From Rebecca billardiae RCC1528 (taxonomy: Eukaryota > Protista > Haptophyta), in contig OZ251233.1 of NCBI GenBank assembly GCA_965240325.2, forward strand, positions 930,001-994,000: a stretch of DNA of 64,000 bases. The letters run 5' to 3'. This document shows, piece after piece, positions 54,302-64,000 of this stretch. Position numbers and translations under genes: made by a program. Below the pieces are notes generated by a model. The model saw only the letters and a program-made list of their open reading frames with translations, made no database searches and had not been told where the DNA came from. Each line of letters begins with the position of its first letter. Position 1 is the stretch's first letter.

Positions 54302-55540
54302 AATAGACGAATTCATGCATGGGAGGCGATGCCCCCCCGTTCATACCGCATCCTCCTGCGCGTGCTCGTGGTGCTCGCCGCGCCTATCATCACGCACTGC
54401 GAGGCGTCGACGGGTGCGCCCCCTTCCGACCATCAGAACGCCTTCTTCTTGCCCACGGCGCTAGTTGTCGCGCACGGCGGGCATGACGCCGAGCAGGAGC
54501 GGTTCAACGCCGTCCTGAACCGCTCTACAGCTCAGCGCCTGGTCGTGGTGAACGCATTCGGGCGTGTTTCCGCCGCGCGTGTCATCGTGCACAATCTCGC
54601 CACCCACTTCGCCGATGGGTCTGCGTGGGAGCGAGTCGTCTTCGCGTACACGGACGGCGAGGTGCTGCGCGACGCGCTCGACGCCGATACGAGGCTCAGA
54701 GCCTCGGGTGGGGGCTGCACTGTGTTCGAGGTGCGCGGGCGGTACTGGGGCGAGTTCCTGAGCTACCTTCGCGCTGACGCTGTCTCGCGCTTTGAGCACA
54801 TCTTCCTGCTGCTCGACGACCTGCTGATGCCTGGCGCTGGCCCTCTGCGCGTGAGCATGCCTCGCCTTCTCCACTCAATGCGCGCGGTCGGCGCCAGCCT
54901 GATCTCGCCAGCGATCGAAGGCAGCCAGTGGAGGTTCACGGCGATGCGGGACCTGACCGCCAACCGCTGCATACGCCGCGTGCACACCATCGAGCTTTTT
55001 GCGACGCTCTTCGAGCAGCGTGCGTGGGCGTGTCTTGCGTCGATGCTAAACAGATCTCTTGTTGGCGGCTGTGGCTATGTCGCGTGCTTCCCCAAGATCT
55101 GCCCGTCGTACCGCGCGGCCATTGACGACACGGCCGTCGCTTACCACCTCGAGCAGGCGTGGCCAAGCGAACAGGCCCTCAAACGCATGTCCGACCCAGA
55201 ACGGGAGCTAGTCCAAGCACTGCACAGTGGCAAGCAACTCCGAGGCAAAGGACCGGTTGGCAGTCCCCTCAGAAGCGATGGTGCGCGCAGCCAAAACACG
55301 AAGAAGATCCGTGGGAAGACGATCAATGTCATCGGGAAGACGCGCGTCAACCCGTGCTTTCAGAAGGGCCTCCCTACCGGCGCGGACCTGTGGCGAAAGC
55401 TGAACTGCACACGGGCACCTGATCTGCTGAGCGCACACGCCATCCCCCAGGATGCCGATGCGACTAGCATGCCGCCCCGTCATCACCGAAGTACCGAACA
55501 CGGAACAGTCGCGCGTAAGCTAGTGCGCGCGGCAACCTAG
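54299..55540 (+). CDS. DUF707-like putative glycosyltransferase
   Basis: Signal anchor; FEHIFLLLDDL, LISPAI, IELFATLFEQRAWACL. Start may instead be the ATG at 54329. Confidence 0.7.
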   Translation: MNRRIHAWEAMPPRSYRILLRVLVVLAAPIITHCEASTGAPPSDHQNAFFLPTALVVAHGGHDAEQERFNAVLNRSTAQRLVVVNAFGRVSAARVIVHNLATHFADGSAWERVVFAYTDGEVLRDALDADTRLRASGGGCTVFEVRGRYWGEFLSYLRADAVSRFEHIFLLLDDLLMPGAGPLRVSMPRLLHSMRAVGASLISPAIEGSQWRFTAMRDLTANRCIRRVHTIELFATLFEQRAWACLASMLNRSLVGGCGYVACFPKICPSYRAAIDDTAVAYHLEQAWPSEQALKRMSDPERELVQALHSGKQLRGKGPVGSPLRSDGARSQNTKKIRGKTINVIGKTRVNPCFQKGLPTGADLWRKLNCTRAPDLLSAHAIPQDADATSMPPRHHRSTEHGTVARKLVRAAT

Positions 55541-56174
55541 TACCTGTACGGTCCGCGATTGGTGCAGCAGCATTATGGCCCGCGGTGCAGGGCGGAGCGC
55601 GCAGCGTGGAGCCCGCACCAGCGGGCCCGAACCACGTTTCAAAAAGATCTTTGACCAAGAAAAAAGGGACGGGGGACGATTTTCAGGGCTGGAGGAGACC
55701 GAGTTTCGAATTTTGAGACCGCACTAGAGGTATCCATCCGGCGACAAAGGTCGCGCCCACGACAAGTTCATATTGGAGTGACGCCCGTCCAAAAAACTTC
55801 ACGCCCTTTAGGATCCATAACGTAACGAACCGTTACAAGCGATTTTTCCAGCCATCTGAATGAGATTGCCGCAAGGTCATCAAGGAGCGATGACGACGTA
55901 TCTAGATAGCCAGCCGGCACCGCGGGCCATTAGTTCATTACTTGTGTGCTGGACTGCGCTTGTTATTAATTCATTACTTGTGTGCTGGACTGCCGCTAGC
56001 TTTTGCGGGTTCTGATCATCAATCACCCAGGGCCCGGTCTGGTCATAAATGAGCCGCCCGCCGTTTATGACGACCCATTCATGCTGTACATGTATGAACA
56101 ATGGGTCATTAGACCGCGTCGTATCTTAAAAAAAAACCGCTTCACGTTGCACCGCGTCGTATCAATGCTCGTAA

Positions 56175-57085
56175 ATGAAATTCTATTCTACCGCTTCACG
56201 TAGTAACCCTGATGATGATCATAGATTATTGAAGATGCTCGCGAGCGTCGAGTCGTCGGCCGTCGCGGCCCCGTCACCGACGCAAAACAACAGAGGTGGG
56301 CCCGATCGCACGTGGGGGGCGATGGCAAGCAGCACCTCGACCGGCGACGCCGACCAGGACTACGTTCGCCGCGTATTGAACGCGCTGCTCGACTCGAGGA
56401 CGGTGACGCGGGTGAACAACACCACGTTCCAGAGCACCGCTGCCGCCATCTCCGTCGCCAGGCACAAGCAGACCATCCCCGGCGCCGCGAGCGAGTACGG
56501 CGTGTCAACAAAAGCGATCAAGCAGCTCCTTGGCCAGGTCCGCAAGGTGCTGGCGGCGGAGGGCGCACTCGGCAGCGGTGGCGCTGCGCGGTTGATCACC
56601 GACTTCACCACGCGCCCAGCAGGCCAGCTCCCTCCCTCCTCCTCATCCGGCCCAACAGCTGGCAGCCGCTTCGAGGCACTCGCCGCGCTCGGCGGGGAAA
56701 TGCCCGCTGCAGAGCAAGCACAACCGCAGCGGGGGCGCCCGGCCGGCTCGCTCAGCCTGCTGGGCACGCTCAACCTAGGCGTCACGTGCTACCTCGGCTC
56801 GCTGCTGGCCGCGCTGCTCGCGTGCCCTTCCATCGTCTCGCTCGCCACATCTGCCGCGGCGGAGCAGTGCACCAACCCCATCGTGTCCAGCATGCGCTCG
56901 CTGGCGCTCGCGCATGTCAACTGCGAGTGGCCCAGCGAGGTGGGGCCGACGCGTAGCTTGCTCAAGCCGCTCCACGACGCGATCGCGGAGGTCTGTCGGT
57001 GGACAACGGCGTTTGGGCAGCAGCAGCAGGACGCGTGCGAGGTGCTGTACAAAATCATGGAGGCCCTGGCTGGCTGCGACGAGGC
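56175..57085 (+). pseudogene. HTH + ubiquitin-specific protease (peptidase C19) N-terminal fragment, interrupted
   Basis: HTH-like TIPGAASEYGVSTKAIKQLL; Cys box GTLNLGVTCYLGSLLAALLACP; FGQQQQDACEVLYKIMEAL. No His box found. Confidence 0.7.
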
Positions 57086-58187
57086 CGGATATCCCCCTGC
57101 AACAGATAGGACTCAGTCCTATGCCATAGGACAAGATCACCAGAGCGCCAGCGCCTCAGTTCTGCGCGTACGATCATCGGCGTGGCTATATCGTACACAC
57201 AACTCAACCAGCTATTGGCACACACCGTCTCCGCCTGCCGCCACTGCTACAGCGATCGGGCGCGCGCGCGCGTACGCGCGCGCGCGCGCGCTCGGTTGTG
57301 GCGCAGACAACCGTTACCGGCCCGCCAGGGACGGCCCCACAACCAGCACATGACAGCGTCAGTTGCTCGCCCCTGGCAGCCGAGCGGCGACCCTGGGCAC
57401 GGACAGCGCAGGCGAGTGCTCGCGCCGGATGCCCGTGCCGCCGCCCGCACCGCCGCCCACGCCGCCAGGCGCGTTGCTGCCCGTAGCACACCGATTCTGG
57501 GGCGGGGCGAAGAGAGGGCAACCGCCATCGTGCGTGCGGCCACGGACCTCCCACGATGGTGGCGGCCGTCCTTGTGGACCACGAGCCCACGAATCCAAGA
57601 GCGTGCGGGTCGAGCGTCGCGTAAATCGACTGCGGCACACGCATGGCGTGTCTACAGGTGCGATACCTTTCACGCACGCGACATGGCAAGATGTTCCGGC
57701 TACCTCCGAGGCTTGCTCTACATGCGCGCCGATGCTCGATCGCAACCACCTGACGACGCGAGAGACCGCAGCGGCTTGCGCGCGCAGCCCCGGCGTGACG
57801 TACAATGCCATGCTTGGCGAGGACCAAAACGCATTGGGGATGAACCTCATACGGCTCTGGTCGAACACAGTGAACCACGATGTGTGAGCATCAAGCTGGG
57901 TGTCATCTACAAGTGCCACATGGCGGTCGGCGTTGCCGCCGTGGAGTTGCAAGGCGGCAACGACCGCAACGGCTTCACGCGCTCCATCCGTGGAGCCCAA
58001 AACATGCGGTGGTGGTCGAAAAGCACAACAAGCTCGCTCTGGCGGATGGTGGCGACACTGCTACCGACCCCTAGGTGCAGTCGTACCATTCGGCAATATG
58101 AGAAAATGTCGTCTACTGAGTCGTCCCTGTGGCTGTCCTGTGGCATAGGACCCAGTCCTATGGCACAGGACAGCAGTGGGATATCCG
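57086..58187. mobile_element. nested TIR element with 4-bp TSD (AGGC)
   Basis: CGGATATCCC(C/A)CTGC...ATAGGACT..GTCCTATGCCA(T/C)AGGACA inverted at both ends; AGGC at 57082-57085 and 58188-58191. Confidence 0.75.
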
Positions 58188-58950
58188 AGGCGTGCTCACT
58201 CATACCTTGGCTTGCTCGAGTGCCTCGGTCAGCTGGCGAGCGAGCAGCCCTCGCAGCAGCAGCGCGTGCCGACGCCGACGATCTCGCAGCAGCAGCGCGT
58301 GCCGACGATAGTCAGTCGGCCATGACTTCGACTGTACACAATCGGCGCCTCGCCGGCGGCTGCGATGGGCCCGCCCGGCCGCGCGGCGGGCGGCGGCGCG
58401 CCGCTGGAGTCTACTCGCTGCCGGGCTCGCGGCCGGGCGGGCCCACTCTCGATCGCGACGGAGGGTGCGACGGAGGGTGCACCGCCACCGCGGGCCCCGA
58501 ACTACGTTCGTTCTACGGAAAAGGACCGCGGAACGCGGTCATTATTCTGACGAGTAGATGAATTAAGACGATAACCGAGACTAGACTATTGGGATTACCG
58601 CAAGCTCCGAGCGTCTCGAGCCCTGCTAAAAGCTCACCGCGCACGACAGGACGGACGCCACCGCGAGGATCACATGCCTCGCGATGTCATCAGCTCTCAA
58701 GCCTCTGAACCTGGCCCTTATTTCCGGCGCTCTTGCGCCGGGCCAAAACAGCGATCGAGCTCCGATCGCTCCTGGGCTCGGGGCGGTAGTATCATCGCCG
58801 TGCCGACTTACCCAGATTTTGCCGCGATCAGCCAATCGGCGATCGCACCGTCCGTCCTGTTGCCGCTCAACTTTGTACCACTGCTTCTCGTCCATGTCCG
58901 GTGCTGCTCACCTGCTTTCCTTGGACAAATCCAGTGTACCAGCATGACGC

Positions 58951-59225
58951 CCGCGCTGCTCCGCGCTGCTCCGCGCTGCTCCGCGCTGCTCCGCGCTGCT
59001 CCGCGCTGCTCCGCGCTGCTCCGCGCTGCTCCGCGCTGCTCCGCGCTGCTCCGCGCTGCTCCGCGCTGCTCCGCGCGCTCCGCGCTGCTCCGCGCTGCTC
59101 CGCGCTGCTCCGCGCTGCTCCGCGCGCTCCGCGCTGCTCCGCGCGCCCCGCGCTGCTCCGCGCTCCCGCGCCGCTGCGCCCGCGCTGCTCCGCGCCCGCG
59201 CCGCTGCGCCCGCGCTGCTCCGCGC
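58951..59225. repeat. 10-bp minisatellite (CCGCGCTGCT)n, degenerating 3'-ward
   Basis: Directly visible. Confidence 0.95.
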
Positions 59226-59728
59226 TCGCGCGTCTGCTGCCGCGCGCGTCCTGGACGCGCGCGCTGCCAGCCACTGCTCCGCAGCAGCTGCTGCCGCCGG
59301 CCCGCCTGATGCGGCGCCAGCCCTGACACCCCAGCGGCAACGCCATCTGCTGAGATGCGTGCCCCAGACTGTGCCAGTTCATCCGCACTGCTGCTCTGCA
59401 GCAGCTGCGCCGCCGGTCTGCCTGCTGCAGCACCGGCCCTGACTCACCGCCGGCGACGCCATCTGCTGAGATGCGCGCCCCTGGCCTCGTCAGCTCAACA
59501 TAGACTACTGACTAGCCGCGAGATCTACCGTCAGTACGGTGTAGCTAGTACTGTCAGAGTCATTCTACTAGCTGACTTCGTCGTCTTATCAGTGCCCGCG
59601 CAATGACGAACGAATTGCAAGCCTACTGTAATAGTAGTCAGACTGTAGTATGTCGTCTCAGTCAACGTCCCAGTGTCGACTCATGAAGTAATTGAACTCG
59701 TAGCCGGACGAATAACTTATAATATATA

Positions 59729-61264
59729 TGACCGCGTTCCGCGGTCCTTTTTCCGTAGAACGAACGTAGTTCAGGGCCCGCGGTGGCGGTGCACCCTCCG
59801 TCGCAGTCGTCTATTATTGACAGACCAGTTGCATATGCCCGTACAACTAGACTCCATCAGCGGCGCGCCGCCGCCCGCCGCGCCGGGCGGGCCCATTGCA
59901 GCCGCCGGCGCGGCGCCGATTGTGTACAGGCGGATGCGACGAGGCGTGATCGACGCATGAGCGCGACTCCACGTGCACACCAGGCCACGCGGAGCTGACA
60001 GCCAGGGAGCACGGTGCGGGGCCGCGGATTCGTTCGGGCCGCTGCTGCTGACCGCTGTCCCCGGGGTCACCCCCCGCGCCGGCAGCGCCCGGGAGTAGGG
60101 CTGGAGGAGTAGGGTCCGAGTAGGGTTCGACCAGCGCCTGCGCGACGGCCGACAGGCGGGCGCGAGGCGTGATCGACGCATGAGCGCAACTCTACGTGCA
60201 CGCCAGGCCACGCGGAGCTGACAGCCCGAGGGAGCACGGTGCCGAGGTGCGAGGGCACCGGTGATCCGGTTCGCGCACTCGCCGCGCGTGCACGGGCAGC
60301 TGACACACCTCGATCAGGCTCGGCACGCGTTGCAGAGGCACGGCCAGCTCTGGGGACGTCACGCACCACCGTCGCCCGCGCAGCTCGTCCTCCTCGTAGA
60401 GTACCGTTCAGTTCCGAGGCGTAGCCCTCGCTCAGAGTCGACCGACGATGGACTCGGATCGTCGGCGCGCCTGCTCTCTCTCAATCAAGAAGAGTTCTGG
60501 GAGACCCCGGAAAGGCATGGCAAGGGCGGCGCGTGGTGAAGTCGAAGGCTCAGAGATCGATCAGTCCGGCATCAGGTGCCGCTGCCCCCGAGCTTGCGAG
60601 AGCCCGAACACAGGGCGGCGGCTGCGGCGCCGGCTCGCGGACACGCCGGGGCCGCGCAAGGCCGCGCCGAGGCATCGACAGGGCGGCAGGGGCGGCGGGG
60701 GCGCGCGGCGGAGTGGCTCGCCTCCAAACGCGGGCCGCCTCTGGTGGGCCGCCGGGCCACGCGCGCGCCCAACCAAGTCCGTTCGCGTCAGATAGTATTG
60801 AGATTCGCCGAGGTTGGCCCATCGGCTACTGACCCTTGCCTCGTCGGCTCCTGATACAGACACGGCGCGATTGAATAGTTGATTCAACTGATTCAAGGGA
60901 CGTACATGGTCACATCGGTTCGCGGCAATCTGTATCTAGATACGTCATCGCTCCTTGGACCTTGCTGCAATCTCATTGGCCGGAAAAATCGCTTGTAACG
61001 GTTCGTTACGTTAGGGATCCTAAAGGGCGTGAAGTTTTTTGGACGGGCGTCACTCCACGCTTTACTATGAACTTGCCGTGGGCGCGACCTTTTTCGGCCG
61101 TGATGCATCGGTTAGAGAGGGTCTCAAAATTCGAAACTCGGTCTCCTCCAGCCATGAAAATCGTCCCCCGTCCCTTTTTTCTTGATCAAAGATCTTTTTG
61201 AAACGTTGTTCGGGCCCGCTGGTGCGGGCTCCACGCTGCGCGCTCCGCCCTGCACCGCGGGCCA
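59729..61264 (-). mobile_element. Helitron2/Helentron-like element, copy 4
   Basis: Reverse-complement family ends; interior is homologous to copy 1. Confidence 0.8.
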
Positions 61265-62883
61265 TGACCGCGTTCCGCGGTCCTTTTCCGTAGAAAGAAC
61301 GAACGTAGTTCGGGGCCCGCGGTGGCGGTGCACCCTCCGTCGCAGTCGTCTATTGACAGACCAGTTGCATGCCCGTACAACTAGACTCCAGCGGCGCGCC
61401 GCTGCGCCCCGGTGCCGGCGCCGGGCGCGGGCCCGCCATCGCAGCCGCCGGCGCCGGCGCCCGGATTGTGTACAGGCGGATGCGACGAGGCGTGATCGAC
61501 GCATGAGCGCGACTCCACGTGCACGCCAGGCCACGTGGAGCTGACAGCCAGGGAACACGGTGCGGGGCCGCGGATTCGTTCGGGCTGCTGCTGCTGACCG
61601 CGCTGTCTGTCGTCACCGCGCGCCGCCGGGCAGCGCCAGGAGTAGATGATTTGCACTGGTCCGAGTAGGGTTCGACCAGCGCCTGCGCGACGGCCGACAG
61701 GCGGGCGCGAGGCGTGATCGACGCATGAGCGCAACTCTATCTACGTGCACGCCAGGCCACGCGGAGCAGACAGCCAGAGGGAGCACTGTGTGTGCCGAGG
61801 TGCGAGGGCACCGGTGATTGTTATTCACTCCGCACGCTGCGCGGTTGCACTGCACGGGGTCACGGGGTGACACACCTCGGTCAGGCTCGGCACGCGTCGC
61901 AGAGGCACGGCCAGCTCTGGGGACGTCGCGCACCACCGTCGTCCGCGCCGCAGCTCGTCCTCCTAGGTCCGCCCGTCCAGCGCTGCAGACAGACTTGCCG
62001 GCGCGGGCCGAGAGTGCCGGCACGGAACAGATCGATGGATTCGGGCGGTTGGCGCGCCTGCTCTGAAGAAGAGTTCTGGGAGACCCTGGCGGAGAGGCAT
62101 GACAAGGGGGGCGTGTGGTGAAGTCGGAGACTCAGAGATCGATCAGTCCGGCATCAGTCAGGCGCCGCTGCCCCCGAGCTTGCGACAGCCCGAACAAAGG
62201 GCGGCGGCTGCGCTGACGCGCGGCCCCGGCCGCGCAGGCATCGACAGGGCGGCAGGGGCGCGCGGAGTGACTAGTGAGCGGGGCACGAACACGATGTCGA
62301 CGGCCGTCGGGACCCGCCGCAGACGCGCGCTCCAGGCGCCACTGGCCGCGCGCACCTGCCCATCGCCCGCCCTTGCTTGGAGGCGAGAGTCGCGCGGCGC
62401 TGGCACCTCCGCCAACGGGCTCCGCAAACCTGCTGCCTTGCGACGACGGCGAGTTTTGATTGAGGCTCGCCAGCTCGGTGCGTCGATCAGTGACTTTGAA
62501 ATGGGCTGGCGACGAATAGCTGCGGGTATTTTTTCAATGTCTCGCAGTATTGGAGTTGGTGAGAGTCGTTCTTGCGGCGGCGAGGCCCATATTTATTTAC
62601 TATGGTCACACATGAACGACTGAGTCCACCCGTAATTACTCACCCTCGCACACTTGGGCGTGGGTTTCGTTGATTCCTCTGTTCACTATTCAAGACGGCG
62701 GACGCGCCCTTTTTCGACGAGGATGCACCTGTAAGGGAGTCTCAAAATTCGAAACTCGGTCTCCTCCAGCCCTGAAAATCGTCCCCCGTCCCTTTTTTCT
62801 TTGATCAAAGATCTTTTTGAAACGTGGTTCGGGCCCGCTGGTGCGGGCTCCACGCTGCGCGCTTCGCCCTGCACCGCGGGCCA
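61265..62883 (-). mobile_element. Helitron2/Helentron-like element, copy 5, head-to-tail with copy 4
   Basis: Reverse-complement family ends; colinear with copy 1 along its length. Confidence 0.8.
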
Positions 62884-63043
62884 GCATGACCACTAATACT
62901 AACGGTGGCGGGCCCCGAGCCTCGGCGTGAGCGGTCATTCACTCATATTGCCGCCTAATTGTTGGCGGCACCGCTCACTCCACGCCAGTGAGTCACTGCT
63001 CAGCCGATCATCGACCAGTTATTCGATCGGTCTGGAAACTCTT

Positions 63044-63110
63044 GATATATATATATCTATATATAGATAGATATATATAGATAGATAGATAGATAGATAT
63101 AATATACATA
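63044..63110. repeat. (TA)n/(TAGA)n microsatellite
   Basis: Directly visible. Confidence 0.9.
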
Positions 63111-64000
63111 CTACGGGGCGCTCTGAGTGGTCCAACGAGCAAACATCGTTCGCAAGTTTCGCGGAACTTCCAAAGGAAGTGGAACTTCGCTTCACCCCCC
63201 GTCCGCCGCCTGAACGCGCCGCGCGCGAGCGCGTGCGTCACGATGCTGCCGGCGCGAGCCGCCAGGTGGGGGCGCGTCATCCCTGGCATGGACTGGCTCG
63301 CCTCCTGAGCGCGGTCGAGCTCTCCAATCGAGACTCACCACCCTGCACACTCGACCCGACCGACGCCGGCGTTGATCCAGAGTCGGCGGCACGGGCCTGG
63401 TATGCGCACGCGCGTACCGCCGAGTGCGGGGATGATTTGCGCAAAGCAGCCAGGTGGGATTGCGCCACGACTCACATTCTGTCTGCTCCTCCGCCCGCTC
63501 CCTCTTCCCGCGCGCGGATCGCGCGTGCGCAGCAGGATTGTGTTGGCAAGGCTCTCGGGCAGCCGCCTGGACTGCAACCGGGTGCCTCGCGGGCGTGGTC
63601 GGCGACAGTCGAAGCCGTCTGGCGGCGCGCGCGGCGTGCGCGGTGAGTGGCCAGTACCTGGTCTTCGCACCCACCGCGCGCGTCGGTCTCCAACGCCTTC
63701 CTTCAGTCCCAACACGGGGGCCGTTTGCTGAGCACGTGTCGTCGTCTCTGGGCGCCGCTACGTGCTGCTCTTTGAGCACGCGCTCTGGCCGAACGCGAGG
63801 GTGCGCATCCTCGCGCGCGCGCCACGCGATTCAATACCGCATATGCCACCTCCGCACGCGCGCGTATCACCCTCACCGTCCCGCACGCTCCGCTCGGCAA
63901 CGCGTCGCGTGCGCAGGCTCGCATTCAGTTGGTCGGCTCAGCTCATTCTCTGCGCGCATGCGACGAGAAGGCCCTCAGCCGCGCACGTTGTTGCCTTCTC

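Larger units (their letters stand above)
55576..58541 (+). mobile_element. Helitron2/Helentron-like element, copy 3, carrying coding cargo
   Basis: Same 5' and 3' ends as the other copies; interior holds an HTH+USP fragment and a nested TIR element. Confidence 0.8.

Noticed and set aside
57182-57260. SACRHC as the USP zinc-ribbon CxxC
   Set aside because: It lies inside the nested TIR element in another frame, so it is not part of the USP ORF.
55570-58546. CATTAT as a 6-bp TSD of copy 3
   Set aside because: It overlaps the conserved terminal bases and is not reproduced at the other copies.
63110-64000. Gene at the right edge
   Set aside because: Several short ORFs, none with recognisable motifs; cannot choose a frame.

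Overview
Very GC-rich eukaryotic DNA with compact genes and short GT-AG introns. A signal-peptide plus AF plastid-targeting pattern, a flagellar-type coiled-coil protein and a hybrid histidine kinase suggest an alga with a complex plastid, probably a haptophyte (inference). About 20 protein genes are supported: TM+filamin protein, sulfotransferase, DUF3422, LRR-Roc-COR (Roco), plastid protein, TBC-TLDc, homeobox, METTL21-like methyltransferase, KAS II/FabF, hybrid histidine kinase, an internally duplicated membrane protein, two GT47-like, GT8-like, GT90, DUF707, bestrophin and a coiled-coil protein. The most notable unexplained structure is a family of five 1.5-3 kb non-autonomous elements with Helitron2/Helentron-type ends (5' hairpin, asymmetric 11-bp inverted repeat, 3'-terminal GAA hairpin). 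Two copies are joined head-to-tail with no spacer, and one carries an HTH + ubiquitin-specific-protease (USP) fragment interrupted by a nested TIR element with a 4-bp TSD. Also present: a 310-bp near-perfect foldback between A-runs, a 39-bp TTAA-flanked palindrome, two further TIR elements, a SAM-like domain inserted inside the Roc GTPase, and a local cluster of glycosyltransferases. All family assignments come from motif recognition by eye; no searches were run.
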